This document shows, one piece after another, positions 9,483 through 19,324 of a stretch of DNA of 64,000 bases. The DNA lies in the NCBI GenBank assembly GCA_023205875.1, contig CP060761.1:434001-498000 (forward strand), given 5' to 3'. Position 1 is the stretch's first letter. The number at the start of each line of letters is the position of its first letter. The stretch is from Chloropicon primus. Lineage: Eukaryota. The notes under the pieces are model-generated. The model was not told the DNA's origin. It ran no database searches and saw nothing but the letters and a program-made list of their open reading frames with translations. A program made the position numbers and the translations under genes.

Positions 9483-12425
9483 TCATCTTGTGGTGGATTC
9501 CGACTCGAGGGACAGCTTGCCGCTGTCGCTGTCGGACAACATGTGCTTCTCCAGGGTGGTGACCCTCCCGATGGTCTTCTTGTTCCTGGTCAGGAGCACG
9601 ACGCCAAGGATCATGGAGAGGATGGTCATGCAGAGTGCGAAGCCTCCAATGCCGGCGACGATGCCGACCTGCGCCGCGCTCCACCCGCTGGCACCCTCCA
9701 CGGTCGCCTCCAGGAGCTTGGACTGGAGGCAAGGGCTGGCCTCGTGGAGCACTCGGAAGTTCTGGGTGAGGGCGTTACACCTCTCGCTCCTCGCTCCGGT
9801 GTCCGCCTCCATGAAGTCGCTTGCCAGGGGCGTGTGCCAGATGTTGTTCGGCATGCACCCCTCCCTGAGCTCCGGGACGGCCTCCATGAAGAGCTCCCTG
9901 ATGGAGTCCTCGAACCCCTGGTCCGCCGCGAGGGTGTTGTAGAACCTCAGAGACTCCTCCTTGACCTCCTTGGGGTACTCGCCCTCCACCCTCTCGAGCA
10001 GCCAGAACCTCTCCATGAACCCGAAGAAGTTCCTGGCGCCGGAGAGGTACCTGGCCATGGCGACAGACCCAAGGCCCATCCCGTCATTGTCCCCAGGGAA
10101 GATTCCAAAGTCCGGGTCCTCGTAGGTCAGGACCCAACCGTCCTGCTTCTGGCTGATGGCCACGGAGTACGCCTCGGCCTCCCAGGGGTTGCAGAACATC
10201 GCCCGGAACTGGGGCTCCACCCTGGGGTCCAGGGCGAGGTCCTCCCACCTGAGCTCCATCTTGGCCTCCTCGGTGGCGTTCCTCGGGTACTTGTCGGGGT
10301 ACATGTACGACAGAGCGTCCCACACGGTGACCACCCCCCTCTCCCTGAACCTTGCGATGTTCAGGGCCGCGAGGTCCAACACGGCGTTCTTGCCGAACAA
10401 GATGTTCCTCATGGACTGGGGGAAGCCCACGTTGCCGTTGGCGTGGGTGCTGATGGCGGACCTCAGGAAGTCTGCGAGCCCCCCGGACGTTTTCATCTGC
10501 CCGTGAATGTCTGGCTGGGCGATGATCGTGTTGATGCCCTCCCCGATGTCCACGAGCCTCTTGCCCTCCTCCTCCTCCTCCTCCTCCTCCTCCAGGCCGT
10601 CGTGCTCGGACAGGCAGGCCTCCTCCTCCCCCTCCTCCTCCTCGAAGCCCCAGCTCGCGCCGTGGACCACGGCCATCTCGTCGTACAGCGCGGGGTGCCA
10701 CCTCAGCATCAGGTTGGTCATGACGTCCTGGCAGACCGGCCACTGCTGGAATCGGTCGAGCCAGTTGGAGATCGAGACCCCGCAGGCCACGGCCTCGTCG
10801 CACTCGTCGTGCTCCTCGCTCACGAGCGCGCCGGTCTCGTTCCACTTGGCCATGTCCGGCACGAAGACCTCGTACACCTCCCTGCCTGCGATGCCATCGT
10901 CCCCCTCGTGGCCGGACCCCTTCCTGTCCTGCCCGAGGGACACGAGGCCCGCAAAGTCGATCGAGGAGAGCACAAAGGCGTGCTGGTACACGGCCATCAC
11001 CCTGACGCGGGCCTCGTGGTACTTGTGGTCCTCGGACCACCCTGACGCGGGGCTCGAAGCGCCCTCGAAGCTGTCGCACCACTGGTTGTGCCTCCTGAGC
11101 AGGACGTTGTGCAGGGCGCTGAGGTAAAAGTTCTCGTTCGACCTCCTGTCTCCCGCCACGGGCAGGTCCTCGTCCCTGCACCCCTCGACGTCCGAGCTCC
11201 TGGAGTAGTCCCTGGAGTGGCACCGGTGGAACGTGTCGGTGACCTGGCGGAAGAAGGGCCTGTCCCTCTCGTCGAGGTCCGCGATCGTGGGCAGGGTTCC
11301 CAGGGCGTCCCCCCCGCGGTGCACCCTCATGCGGCAGCCCAGCTCCCCGGTGGCGGGGTCCCTCTCCCTCAACGCGTCCGCGGTCCTGAGGTCGCTGCCG
11401 TACACGTGAGACGCGTCCAGCTGGGGGGACACGTCATTCACGTGCCTCCTGTCGTCGCACAGGCTGCCGAACCCGCTCGAGACGTCGTACACCTCGTGGG
11501 TGGCGCCGTCCTCGGACGTAACGGTCGTGCTGTTGTAGTTGCACGACAGCAGGGGCTCGATCGCCACGGCTGTCATGCCGAACTCCAGGAAGGACTGGAC
11601 CGAAGCGGCGTCATCGGTGGCGTTCGAGTCGACGGCGGCGCCCGCGGCCTCCCTGAAGGCGTTGAAGACGTCGTCCGTCGAGGAGATCGGCGTGCTGAAG
11701 GACTTCCTGGGCCACTTGGCTCGGATGGCGCCCTGGAGCTCCTGGAGGGTCTCGTCCACAGTCCTGCCTGGCAAGTTCGTGAACGCGGCCCCGCCGAAGA
11801 AGATGATCCTGTCCAGGGAGTCCGTCCCCGCGGGCTCCAGGACCAGGAGGGGCCCGTACGCGAACTGGATCGGCACCGTGTTCCCGATGCCGATGTCGTG
11901 GGCCATCGTCTGCAAGGTCGCGGACGTCACATGGTTCACCGTGGAGTGCGCCTGCTGGATGAGCGAGCCGTGCAAGTTGTTGCTGACCTCCCTGGGGGTC
12001 GCCCTGGACGTGCTGGTGGAGCACGCCGGCTGGGCGGGGACCGGGGACCCGACCTCCAGGGACGAGGCGGCGGACGACCCCACAGGGAGCTGGGTCCCCG
12101 GCTCGAAGGAGGAGCTCGGCGGCGATGGGCCCTTCGAGCAGTACTCGGTGTGGGCGTGGTTGCCGTTCACGGGGAACGCGCCGGCCTCCCCCGTGCGACC
12201 GGGGTACCTGTACGTGACCCCAGTTCCAGGGTCCTGGAACTCCACGACGGTGGGCTCGAAGTTCGAAAGGACTGGAGTCCACGTCTTGTCGTCGTACGAG
12301 TAGGACGTCGTCGAGGACTGCTGCGCGCGTTGCGCAACGACATGGACAAGGAAGAGGAAGGGAAGAAGGGCGGCGACGACGCTCGTCGTCGTCCTCCTCC
12401 TCCTCGTCGTCCTCGTCGTCGTCAT
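9483..12425 (-). CDS. Animal-type haem peroxidase (peroxidase-cyclooxygenase superfamily) with signal peptide and C-terminal TM anchor
   Basis: 'QTMAHD' (distal His), 'NDVSPQLDASHVYGS', 'AGDRRSNEN', 'LHNVLLRRHN', 'YHEARVRVMAVYQH', 'RWHP' (proximal His), 'DLAALNIARFRERG'. Confidence 0.85.
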   Translation of the reverse strand: MTTTRTTRRRRTTTSVVAALLPFLFLVHVVAQRAQQSSTTSYSYDDKTWTPVLSNFEPTVVEFQDPGTGVTYRYPGRTGEAGAFPVNGNHAHTEYCSKGPSPPSSSFEPGTQLPVGSSAASSLEVGSPVPAQPACSTSTSRATPREVSNNLHGSLIQQAHSTVNHVTSATLQTMAHDIGIGNTVPIQFAYGPLLVLEPAGTDSLDRIIFFGGAAFTNLPGRTVDETLQELQGAIRAKWPRKSFSTPISSTDDVFNAFREAAGAAVDSNATDDAASVQSFLEFGMTAVAIEPLLSCNYNSTTVTSEDGATHEVYDVSSGFGSLCDDRRHVNDVSPQLDASHVYGSDLRTADALRERDPATGELGCRMRVHRGGDALGTLPTIADLDERDRPFFRQVTDTFHRCHSRDYSRSSDVEGCRDEDLPVAGDRRSNENFYLSALHNVLLRRHNQWCDSFEGASSPASGWSEDHKYHEARVRVMAVYQHAFVLSSIDFAGLVSLGQDRKGSGHEGDDGIAGREVYEVFVPDMAKWNETGALVSEEHDECDEAVACGVSISNWLDRFQQWPVCQDVMTNLMLRWHPALYDEMAVVHGASWGFEEEEGEEEACLSEHDGLEEEEEEEEEGKRLVDIGEGINTIIAQPDIHGQMKTSGGLADFLRSAISTHANGNVGFPQSMRNILFGKNAVLDLAALNIARFRERGVVTVWDALSYMYPDKYPRNATEEAKMELRWEDLALDPRVEPQFRAMFCNPWEAEAYSVAISQKQDGWVLTYEDPDFGIFPGDNDGMGLGSVAMARYLSGARNFFGFMERFWLLERVEGEYPKEVKEESLRFYNTLAADQGFEDSIRELFMEAVPELREGCMPNNIWHTPLASDFMEADTGARSERCNALTQNFRVLHEASPCLQSKLLEATVEGASGWSAAQVGIVAGIGGFALCMTILSMILGVVLLTRNKKTIGRVTTLEKHMLSDSDSGKLSLESESTTR

Positions 12426-12905
12426 CGCGGCGGTGGTGGTCTTCGTCTTGCGGGGCGGGAAGGCGCGTTACGTGCGTTACGATCCTCGACCTCGGTCGCC
12501 GCGGTGGACAAGTTTTTTGAACCTGATGAACTTGCGCTGTTGCATAAAAAGCGAGTAGTGCTGTGGTGGCAAAAAACCCTAGAGAACAAGGTAAGGTAAA
12601 GTGGAAGAACGAATCGCAAATTCTCCCTTTTCCCTTTTCCCTTTTCCCTTTTTGGTTTTTTGGTTTTGCACTCGCAGGAGACGTTTGCATCGCGCTGGCG
12701 TCGTTTCCATCTTGTCCTTGGGATCCCGTCCCCTCATCCGTTACAGGCGTTATCGACCGTCAATTGGAGCCAGGATAAAGATATCGCGAGCACGTTTGTG
12801 TGGATCAGAAGATCAGAGAGACGGAGCTGACGTCGAGAAGAGGGCGGCGCAAGCAAAGCAAGGGAAGACGACGACGACGACAACGACGGTTTCATCATCA
12901 TCATC

Positions 12906-13428
12906 ATGATGCTCAGCAACACGGCAAGCAGGACGAGGAGGGGCGCACTCAGGTCCGCGGGCTCCCGCCAGGTGACCAGCGCCAAGGTGAAGGTCGCGAT
13001 CAACGGCTTCGGAAGGATCGGGCGTAACTTCTTGAGGTGCCTCGAGGGGAGGGAGAACTCAGACCTGGAGGTCGTCGCGGTCAACGACAGCGGTGGGGTG
13101 AAGCAGGCGTCCCACCTCCTAAAGTACGACTCGATGCTCGGGACGTTCGACGCGGACATCGAGATCGTGGACGACACCCACTTCAGCTGCAACGGCAAGG
13201 TCATCGAGGTGGTCTCGAACCGCGACCCCACCCAGCTGCCTTGGAAAGACATGGGGATCGACCTGGTGATCGAGGGCACGGGAGTTTTCCTGAACACGGA
13301 GGGCGCGGGCAAGCACATCACCGCGGGGGCGAAGAAGGTCCTCATCACCGCCCCGGCCAAGGGCAACGACATCCCGACCCACGTCGTCGGGGTGAACGAG
13401 CAGGACCTCGACATGAACGCCAAGATCG

Positions 13429-13462
<34 letters not shown>

Positions 13463-13994
13463 TCCCTTCGCCAAGGTCCTGGAGGAGAAGTTCGGGATTG
13501 TCAAGGGACTGATGACCACGACGCACTCGTACACCGGGGACCAGAGGCTCCTGGACGCGTCCCACAGGGACATGAGGAGGGCCAGGGCCGCCGCCCTGAA
13601 CATCGTGCCCACGTCCACCGGGGCCGCCAAGGCCGTCGCCCTCGTGGTGCCAAGCCTGGAGGGCAAGCTCACCGGGATCGCCCTCCGCGTCCCGACCCCG
13701 AACGTGTCCGTCGTGGACCTCGTCATCCAGGTCGAGAAGAAGACCTTCGCCGAGGAGGTCAACGCCGTGCTGAGGGAGGCCGCGGACACCCACCTCAAGG
13801 GCGTCCTCGCGGTCACCGACAAGCCTCTCGTGTCCGCCGACTTCAGGGCCTCGGACGAGTCCTCCACCATTGACGCGTCCCTCACCATGGTGATGGGCGA
13901 CGACATGGTCAAGGTGGTGGCGTGGTACGACAACGAGTGGGGCTACAGCCAGAGGGTCGTGGACCTCGCCGAGCTCATGTCGAAGAACCTCTAA
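12906..13994 (+). CDS. GAPA: Chloroplast glyceraldehyde-3-phosphate dehydrogenase A
   Basis: Transit peptide, '[16 protein letters not shown]', '[12 protein letters not shown]', '[11 protein letters not shown]', '[15 protein letters not shown]'; no GapB C-terminal extension. Confidence 0.97.
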
Positions 13995-14174
13995 AGGTGT
14001 TGTTGCAGATTCAAACCGCGGCGCGGAAGAGTTTTTGTGGAGCCAAAAAAAGAAGAAGAAAAGTTTTATCATTCATCGCACCATTACCAATGTTCTTTCT
14101 TGACGCAACGCGTAACGCACAACGCGTAACGCACAACGCACACAACGTCCTTCGCTCCTCCTCTCGTCGATTCA

Positions 14175-15989
14175 TCACACCAGCCCCCGGAGGAACGCGA
14201 ACAGGCCCTGCATCCCCCTGTCCATTACCTCGTTCCTGGGCTCCAGGTCCAGGTCTGCCAGGGCCCGGTGGGCGCACGCAAAGCCGGAGAACGCCACGGC
14301 GTTCACGCCCTGGCCCGGGAAGGTGCTGTCCCCCACGCAGTACAGGGACTCCACGTCCGTCCTGTTGAAGGGCATCCCCAGGAGCCCGAGGGGCCTCTTG
14401 GAGGGGATCGGGCCGTACGTCCCGTCCTGCCTGTTCAGGAATTTCATGTGGGTTCTCGGGGTCCCGACCTCCTTGAACACGACCGCTTCGGAGAGGCCGG
14501 GGAGGAAGGCCTCCTCCAGCCTCGCGATCATCTCCCGCGCGACCGCCTCCTTCTTCTCCGCGTACTCTTCCTTGCTCAGCCCGCTCCAGCTGTCGATCCA
14601 GTCGGGGGTGAAGGCGTGCACGATGTGCCTGCCCTCCGGAGCCAGGGACGGGTCGAGGATCGTCGGGATGGACACGAAGAGGGTCCCCCGGCCGTCCTCC
14701 AGCTTCGCCCAGTCCTCCAGCACGATGTTGTGGCAGTAGCAGGACTCCGTGACGACCGAGGGCTCGACCACGATGTGCGCGGTGATGAACGAGGGGGACT
14801 TCTTGTACCTCTTGAAGAAGTCCACCTCGGACTGGGGGACGTCCCCCTCCTCCACCAGCTGCTTGAAGGTGTCCCACCTCGTCGCGTTCGAGATCACGGC
14901 CCTCGACCTGAGCCGCGTCCCGTCCGAGAGCTCCACGCCGACCGCCTTGACCTTGGAGCCCTCCTCCCCGCCTCCGCCTCCACCCCTCTCGGTCAGGATC
15001 CTCGACACGTTCGCGGCGCAGACCACCTTGCCCCCCTTCTCCTCGATCCCCTCGGCCATCACCAGGGGTATCCTCCCCACCCCACCCCTCGGGTAGTTGA
15101 TCCCCCCGTAGTGCCTGTCGCAGAACACCATGCCGGCGTTGATCATCGGGGTCACGGCGGCCTTCACCGTGCTCCAGCAGTAGCACTCCATGTCGATGAA
15201 CGACAGGAGCTCCTCGTCCTGGATATACTTGCGTGCGATGTCCCCGGCGTTCTGGGGCAAAAAGTAGGCCAGCTGCAGGCAAGCCACGGGGTTCTTGAAG
15301 AATTCCCCGAACAGGTAAAGGGGTTCCTCCAAGCTCTTGAGGTCAAGGCTATTCAGGGCATCGAACACCGTCCAGCAGTCCCCGTAAAACTTCTCGATCC
15401 CTTCCCTCTCGTGGGGGAACTTGGACGCGAGCTCGTCCACGAACTCCTCGTACCGCCGGTGGACCACCACCTTGAGCCCGTCGGGGTGAGCCCGGGACGA
15501 GGGGAGGTGGTAGTGAATCTGCGCGGGATCCGGAATCGTTTCCATTTTCTTGCCAACGCTTTCGAGCGCCCTCGTCAGGAGGTTCGTCGTCCCCTCCGTC
15601 CCAAACCCAAACATCATGCTGCTCCCGACGTCGAAGGTGCACCCCTCCCTCTGGTAGTACCCCGCCGACCCGCCAGGGATGACGTATTTCTCCAGGACGA
15701 GGACGTCCGCTCCCTTGGCCACCATCTTCGCCGCCGTCGTCAGTCCACCCATCCCGCTTCCCACCACGATCGCGTCCCAGACTTTCCCCTTGCTGGACTC
15801 GAGAACCACCTCCTCCCTCCGAGCTCTCAGCGTCCTCGCCGACGAGGATGAGGACGAGGGCGAGGGCGAGGGCGAGGACGACTCCGCCGTGGTGCCGCTG
15901 GGAGAGGCATGGCACTGGACCCTCCTTCCCCTGCTCTGCCACCTCGTGCCGCCGCTCGTGCGCAACTTTGAAGCTCCGACCACCGCCAT
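14175..15989 (-). CDS. CRTISO: Carotenoid (prolycopene) isomerase
   Basis: FAD motif 'IVVGSGMGGL', 'LEKYVIPGGSAG', 'FDVGSSMMFG', 'FCDRHYGGINYP', 'CVGDSTFPGQGVNAVAFSG'. Confidence 0.95.
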   Translation of the reverse strand: MAVVGASKLRTSGGTRWQSRGRRVQCHASPSGTTAESSSPSPSPSSSSSSARTLRARREEVVLESSKGKVWDAIVVGSGMGGLTTAAKMVAKGADVLVLEKYVIPGGSAGYYQREGCTFDVGSSMMFGFGTEGTTNLLTRALESVGKKMETIPDPAQIHYHLPSSRAHPDGLKVVVHRRYEEFVDELASKFPHEREGIEKFYGDCWTVFDALNSLDLKSLEEPLYLFGEFFKNPVACLQLAYFLPQNAGDIARKYIQDEELLSFIDMECYCWSTVKAAVTPMINAGMVFCDRHYGGINYPRGGVGRIPLVMAEGIEEKGGKVVCAANVSRILTERGGGGGGEEGSKVKAVGVELSDGTRLRSRAVISNATRWDTFKQLVEEGDVPQSEVDFFKRYKKSPSFITAHIVVEPSVVTESCYCHNIVLEDWAKLEDGRGTLFVSIPTILDPSLAPEGRHIVHAFTPDWIDSWSGLSKEEYAEKKEAVAREMIARLEEAFLPGLSEAVVFKEVGTPRTHMKFLNRQDGTYGPIPSKRPLGLLGMPFNRTDVESLYCVGDSTFPGQGVNAVAFSGFACAHRALADLDLEPRNEVMDRGMQGLFAFLRGLV

Positions 15990-16233
15990 CTTTCCCTTTT
16001 TCCCTTATTCCCTTATCCATTCATCGGGATCGAGTCGAGGTCGAGGATCAAGTCGAGGTCGAGGGCTCCACTGGAGGCTTCGGTATGGTGTGCGGATGCT
16101 TGTTTTGCATCGATCAATCGATCAATGGATCAATGGAGGCGGTTTGTTTGCCTGGGCGTGAAGACTTTGCTTGGTGTGGACACCATCGCCATCGGGGAGA
16201 GGTTGGTTCAGGAGGGTTACTACGGATGGATGG

Positions 16234-16240
<7 letters not shown>

Positions 16241-16267
<27 letters not shown>
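16241..16267. repeat. (TA)n microsatellite
   Basis: Perfect TA run between the PNG1 3' end and the CRTISO promoter. Confidence 0.95.
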
Positions 16268-16272
<5 letters not shown>

Positions 16273-16299
16273 AGAGGCAATTTTGTTTTGTTTGCTTGT

Positions 16300-17691
16300 T
16301 CAGCTCAGGAAGGAGAGGTTCAGCATGCAGAGTTGGATGGAGTTTGCTTGCTCTGCCGCGAAAACCTCATCGAAATGCCATCGGAATCGCTTGCACTCGA
16401 TCTCAGACTCGGGAAGGACGAACGTCTGCCTCTCGTGCCTGTCGCCGAACGATGCGCCGCGAACGCGGTGGAGAACGACCGCCTCGCCACTTTCGCCGCC
16501 AGGGAAGCCCTCGACTGTCCACGACTTTGGATCTCTCGGCTTCTCGTCGTTAGCGCTCACCAGCTCGTAGCTGCCCAACCTCTTCGCCACGGGAAACTCC
16601 AGCTCGAGGTAAGAGGTACCGTTTTCTTTGAAGCTGAAGTCAAGCCACTTGCTGCTGAGTCGCTCGTCGAACAGGCAGTACGCGTTCTCCTCGGGAGGAT
16701 TCTGCCCAGAGAATCTCAGGACAAAGTCCTTGAGCTCGCACTCGTTCTCGCTCTGCATTTCCCCCCTCCCCTTCCTCCAAGCCTCCGAGCCGGAAACCCT
16801 TCCGCCCAGGCCCTGCAGGTCAGCTGCGTTGGCATCCCCCCGGCGCAGAAGATCTCGCACCTCCTCCGCGTGCGAGCGCGTCCACTCTGCCCTCTCCCGG
16901 TCATCCATGATCATGCAGAGACACTGTATCGTCAGGTGCTCGCACCAGCCTCGCAGCCAGTCCTCGTTCACCAGCCTCCTGCGCACTTTGGTCTCCTGCC
17001 AGTTTGGGACGTACTTGCGAGTGACGTCCACGACGCCGTGCCTCCCGAATGCGAGGACGTAGTCCAGGCTCTTCTTCCACCCGCAGCTGTAGAGCAGCGG
17101 CTTGTCCCACGCTTCCTCGCAGGGGTCGGCGTGGACCCATCGTGCTCCCTTGCCGCTCCAGACCTCGCACCAAACGTGGTCCGACCAGTCCCTGACCCAC
17201 CGCACCTCGTACCCTAGCGATCTCAGCACGAGCCCGAAGCAGTTAGCCCACTCGCCGCACCTTCCTCTCCTCGTCCTCAGCAGCTGCCTCGGGTCGTTCA
17301 GCCGTGGGAACCTGCTTATGGTCTTGCACAGGGGGCAGCGATAGAGCTCCACCCTCGTTGCCCCGCCCAGGGTTTCCTCCCTCGTGGGCCGGGACAACTC
17401 GCTCGATGCAACTGGCTCGGTTTGAGGGTTCCCACACCTCCTGCAAGGCAGCCTGTCCACCCACTGGAAGAATTCACGCTTGAACCACTTCATGAGAACC
17501 ATGACTTGGACGTCTTGAAAGTCACGCTCAACAGACAGAGCCCCGACCGAAGCGTCTATCCTCTCCTGCGTCCGGGATGCGATCTCATTCAAGGGAATGT
17601 GAGCCACCGCTTCTTCCTGGAGGTGGGCATCCTCGTACCTGTAAATGACCTGGAGCCCTGTCAGCAACTGTTGATGAAACGATCGAGACAT
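16300..17691 (-). CDS. PNG1: Peptide:N-glycanase (cytosolic PNGase)
   Basis: 'WFKREFFQWV', two CxxC Zn sites, catalytic triad in 'GRCGEWANCF', 'DHVWCEVW', 'WVHADPCE'; C-terminal carbohydrate-binding-like domain. Confidence 0.93.
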   Translation of the reverse strand: MSRSFHQQLLTGLQVIYRYEDAHLQEEAVAHIPLNEIASRTQERIDASVGALSVERDFQDVQVMVLMKWFKREFFQWVDRLPCRRCGNPQTEPVASSELSRPTREETLGGATRVELYRCPLCKTISRFPRLNDPRQLLRTRRGRCGEWANCFGLVLRSLGYEVRWVRDWSDHVWCEVWSGKGARWVHADPCEEAWDKPLLYSCGWKKSLDYVLAFGRHGVVDVTRKYVPNWQETKVRRRLVNEDWLRGWCEHLTIQCLCMIMDDRERAEWTRSHAEEVRDLLRRGDANAADLQGLGGRVSGSEAWRKGRGEMQSENECELKDFVLRFSGQNPPEENAYCLFDERLSSKWLDFSFKENGTSYLELEFPVAKRLGSYELVSANDEKPRDPKSWTVEGFPGGESGEAVVLHRVRGASFGDRHERQTFVLPESEIECKRFRWHFDEVFAAEQANSIQLCMLNLSFLS

Positions 17692-18100
17692 CGTTCTGTC
17701 TTCTCCTCCTCGTCCAGACCACTCCGAGCGTCGATTGGGTCAAGGCAGGCAGAAATGGAAAGATATCGAGACGCAGTATCCCTCTGTTTCCCTCCGCCAC
17801 CCTTCTCGCCGCTTTAAATGTCGCTATCGTCGTCCAATCGTACGATAAAACGAACACCCTCCACTACTTCTGCTGCCTCGTTCGTCACTCGAATGAACCT
17901 CCACGTTGACTCCGAGCGTCTTTTCGATCAACCAAGGTATCACTGGAAAGCTGGCGACGAGCTACTTCGAGTTTGACGCCCTCCCTCTCCTCCCTCCTCC
18001 CTCCCCTTGTGCCTCCTTTGGGTCCTTTCGACACCGCCCTTCCGTTCCCCTGAGTGAGAGGAGCAGAGCAAAGCAGAGCAGAGCAGAGCAGAGGAGAGGG

Positions 18101-19288
18101 ATGAAGCGGCGGAGGGAGGGAGGAGGAGAGGGAGGAGAGGGAGGGTTCAATTACTCCGGATGGTCACCCCAAAATGAAAGTGACCTTCTTCCTGTTGTGG
18201 ATGCCAAGGAGTTGTCTCCCGATGCGTTCTATGCAGACTTCATCGCCAAGCGGAGGCCTGTGAGGATCAGAGGAACGCTCGAGGAGGAAGGGTGGCGAGC
18301 GGCGGAGCGATGGGACGCCTCGTACCTCCGGAGGCACGCAGGGGATGCGAATGTCAAGGTGGAGCAACGTTCGTCGCTGAAGGAGAGCTTCGGCAAAGGG
18401 AAGACGCAGTCGATGAGGTTTGGAGACTTTGTCAAGGACATGGCTGGTGGCAAGTTGTACATGACGTCCCAGGACACTGAGGATGGGGAGCTGTTTGCCT
18501 CTCCCATCAGGGAGCTCCACGAGAGGAGGGACTTCCCTTTGCGGCCGAGGATCATCCCTGGCTTGGTTCCGGCCAACATAAGCCTCTGGATGGGGAGCAC
18601 GAGCTCGGCTTCCTCCAGTGGCCTCCACCACGACTACCACGACAACCTCTACATCCTGCTGGAGGGGAGCAAGAAGTTCACGTTGTACAGTCCCGAGTAC
18701 GCCCAAGCCATGCGGACGAATGGCGCGATTGATTGCGTCCATCCGAATGGCATGATCAGCTACGTCGGGCATGAAACGCACGCGGATGGGAGCACGGAGC
18801 AGGAGAGGAGAAGGCTGGAGGCCAAGGCCAAGGTCCTGGAGGCGGAGAGGGATCTTCAGGCCCTTGAGGATGGGTGCGAGTGCGACCCCTCGCTGCTTGA
18901 GGCTGCAGAGGGAAGGCTCGATGAGGCGTTGGACATGGAGTTGTCGCTGGAAGCGGGCCAGGAGGCGGAGGGGGAGGAGGAGAGCGGCAAGACGGAACCC
19001 AGGAACTTTTCAAGTCTGACCGAGGAGGAGCAAGGGCGCCTCAAGGGCAAGTGCAAGGCACTGGAGGTTTGCATCGGGGCGGGGGAGATGCTCTACCTCC
19101 CGTGCGGCTGGTTCCACAATGTCACCTCCTGCAACAGCGGTGCACCGTATCACTTGGCCCTGAACTACTGGTTTTACCCTCCGGACAACGAGTCGGGGGC
19201 CGTGAAAGATCCGTACAGCCACAGGTCGAGGGCAGTGCTCTGGGAATCAAACGAGTACGCCAGAGGCGGCGCGGTAGATAATTGGTGA
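18101..19288 (+). CDS. JmjC/cupin-like 2-oxoglutarate-Fe(II) oxygenase
   Basis: 'NISLWMG', 'GLHHDYHDNLYILLEGSKKFTL' (HxD) and 'GEMLYLPCGWFHNVTS' (distal His). Confidence 0.88.
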   Translation: MKRRREGGGEGGEGGFNYSGWSPQNESDLLPVVDAKELSPDAFYADFIAKRRPVRIRGTLEEEGWRAAERWDASYLRRHAGDANVKVEQRSSLKESFGKGKTQSMRFGDFVKDMAGGKLYMTSQDTEDGELFASPIRELHERRDFPLRPRIIPGLVPANISLWMGSTSSASSSGLHHDYHDNLYILLEGSKKFTLYSPEYAQAMRTNGAIDCVHPNGMISYVGHETHADGSTEQERRRLEAKAKVLEAERDLQALEDGCECDPSLLEAAEGRLDEALDMELSLEAGQEAEGEEESGKTEPRNFSSLTEEEQGRLKGKCKALEVCIGAGEMLYLPCGWFHNVTSCNSGAPYHLALNYWFYPPDNESGAVKDPYSHRSRAVLWESNEYARGGAVDNW

Positions 19289-19324
19289 CAATTGTCGTAT
19301 TTACAAAACTGTTTCTCTCTCGTT

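Noticed and set aside
9147..12599. Long + strand ORFs (632 aa, 503 aa) and other antisense ORFs over GAPA, CRTISO and MCM2
   Set aside because: No recognisable motifs; explained by stop-codon scarcity opposite GC-rich genes.
12906..15989. GAPA next to CRTISO as a plastid-function cluster
   Set aside because: Convergent neighbours in a gene-dense genome; adjacency is expected by chance.
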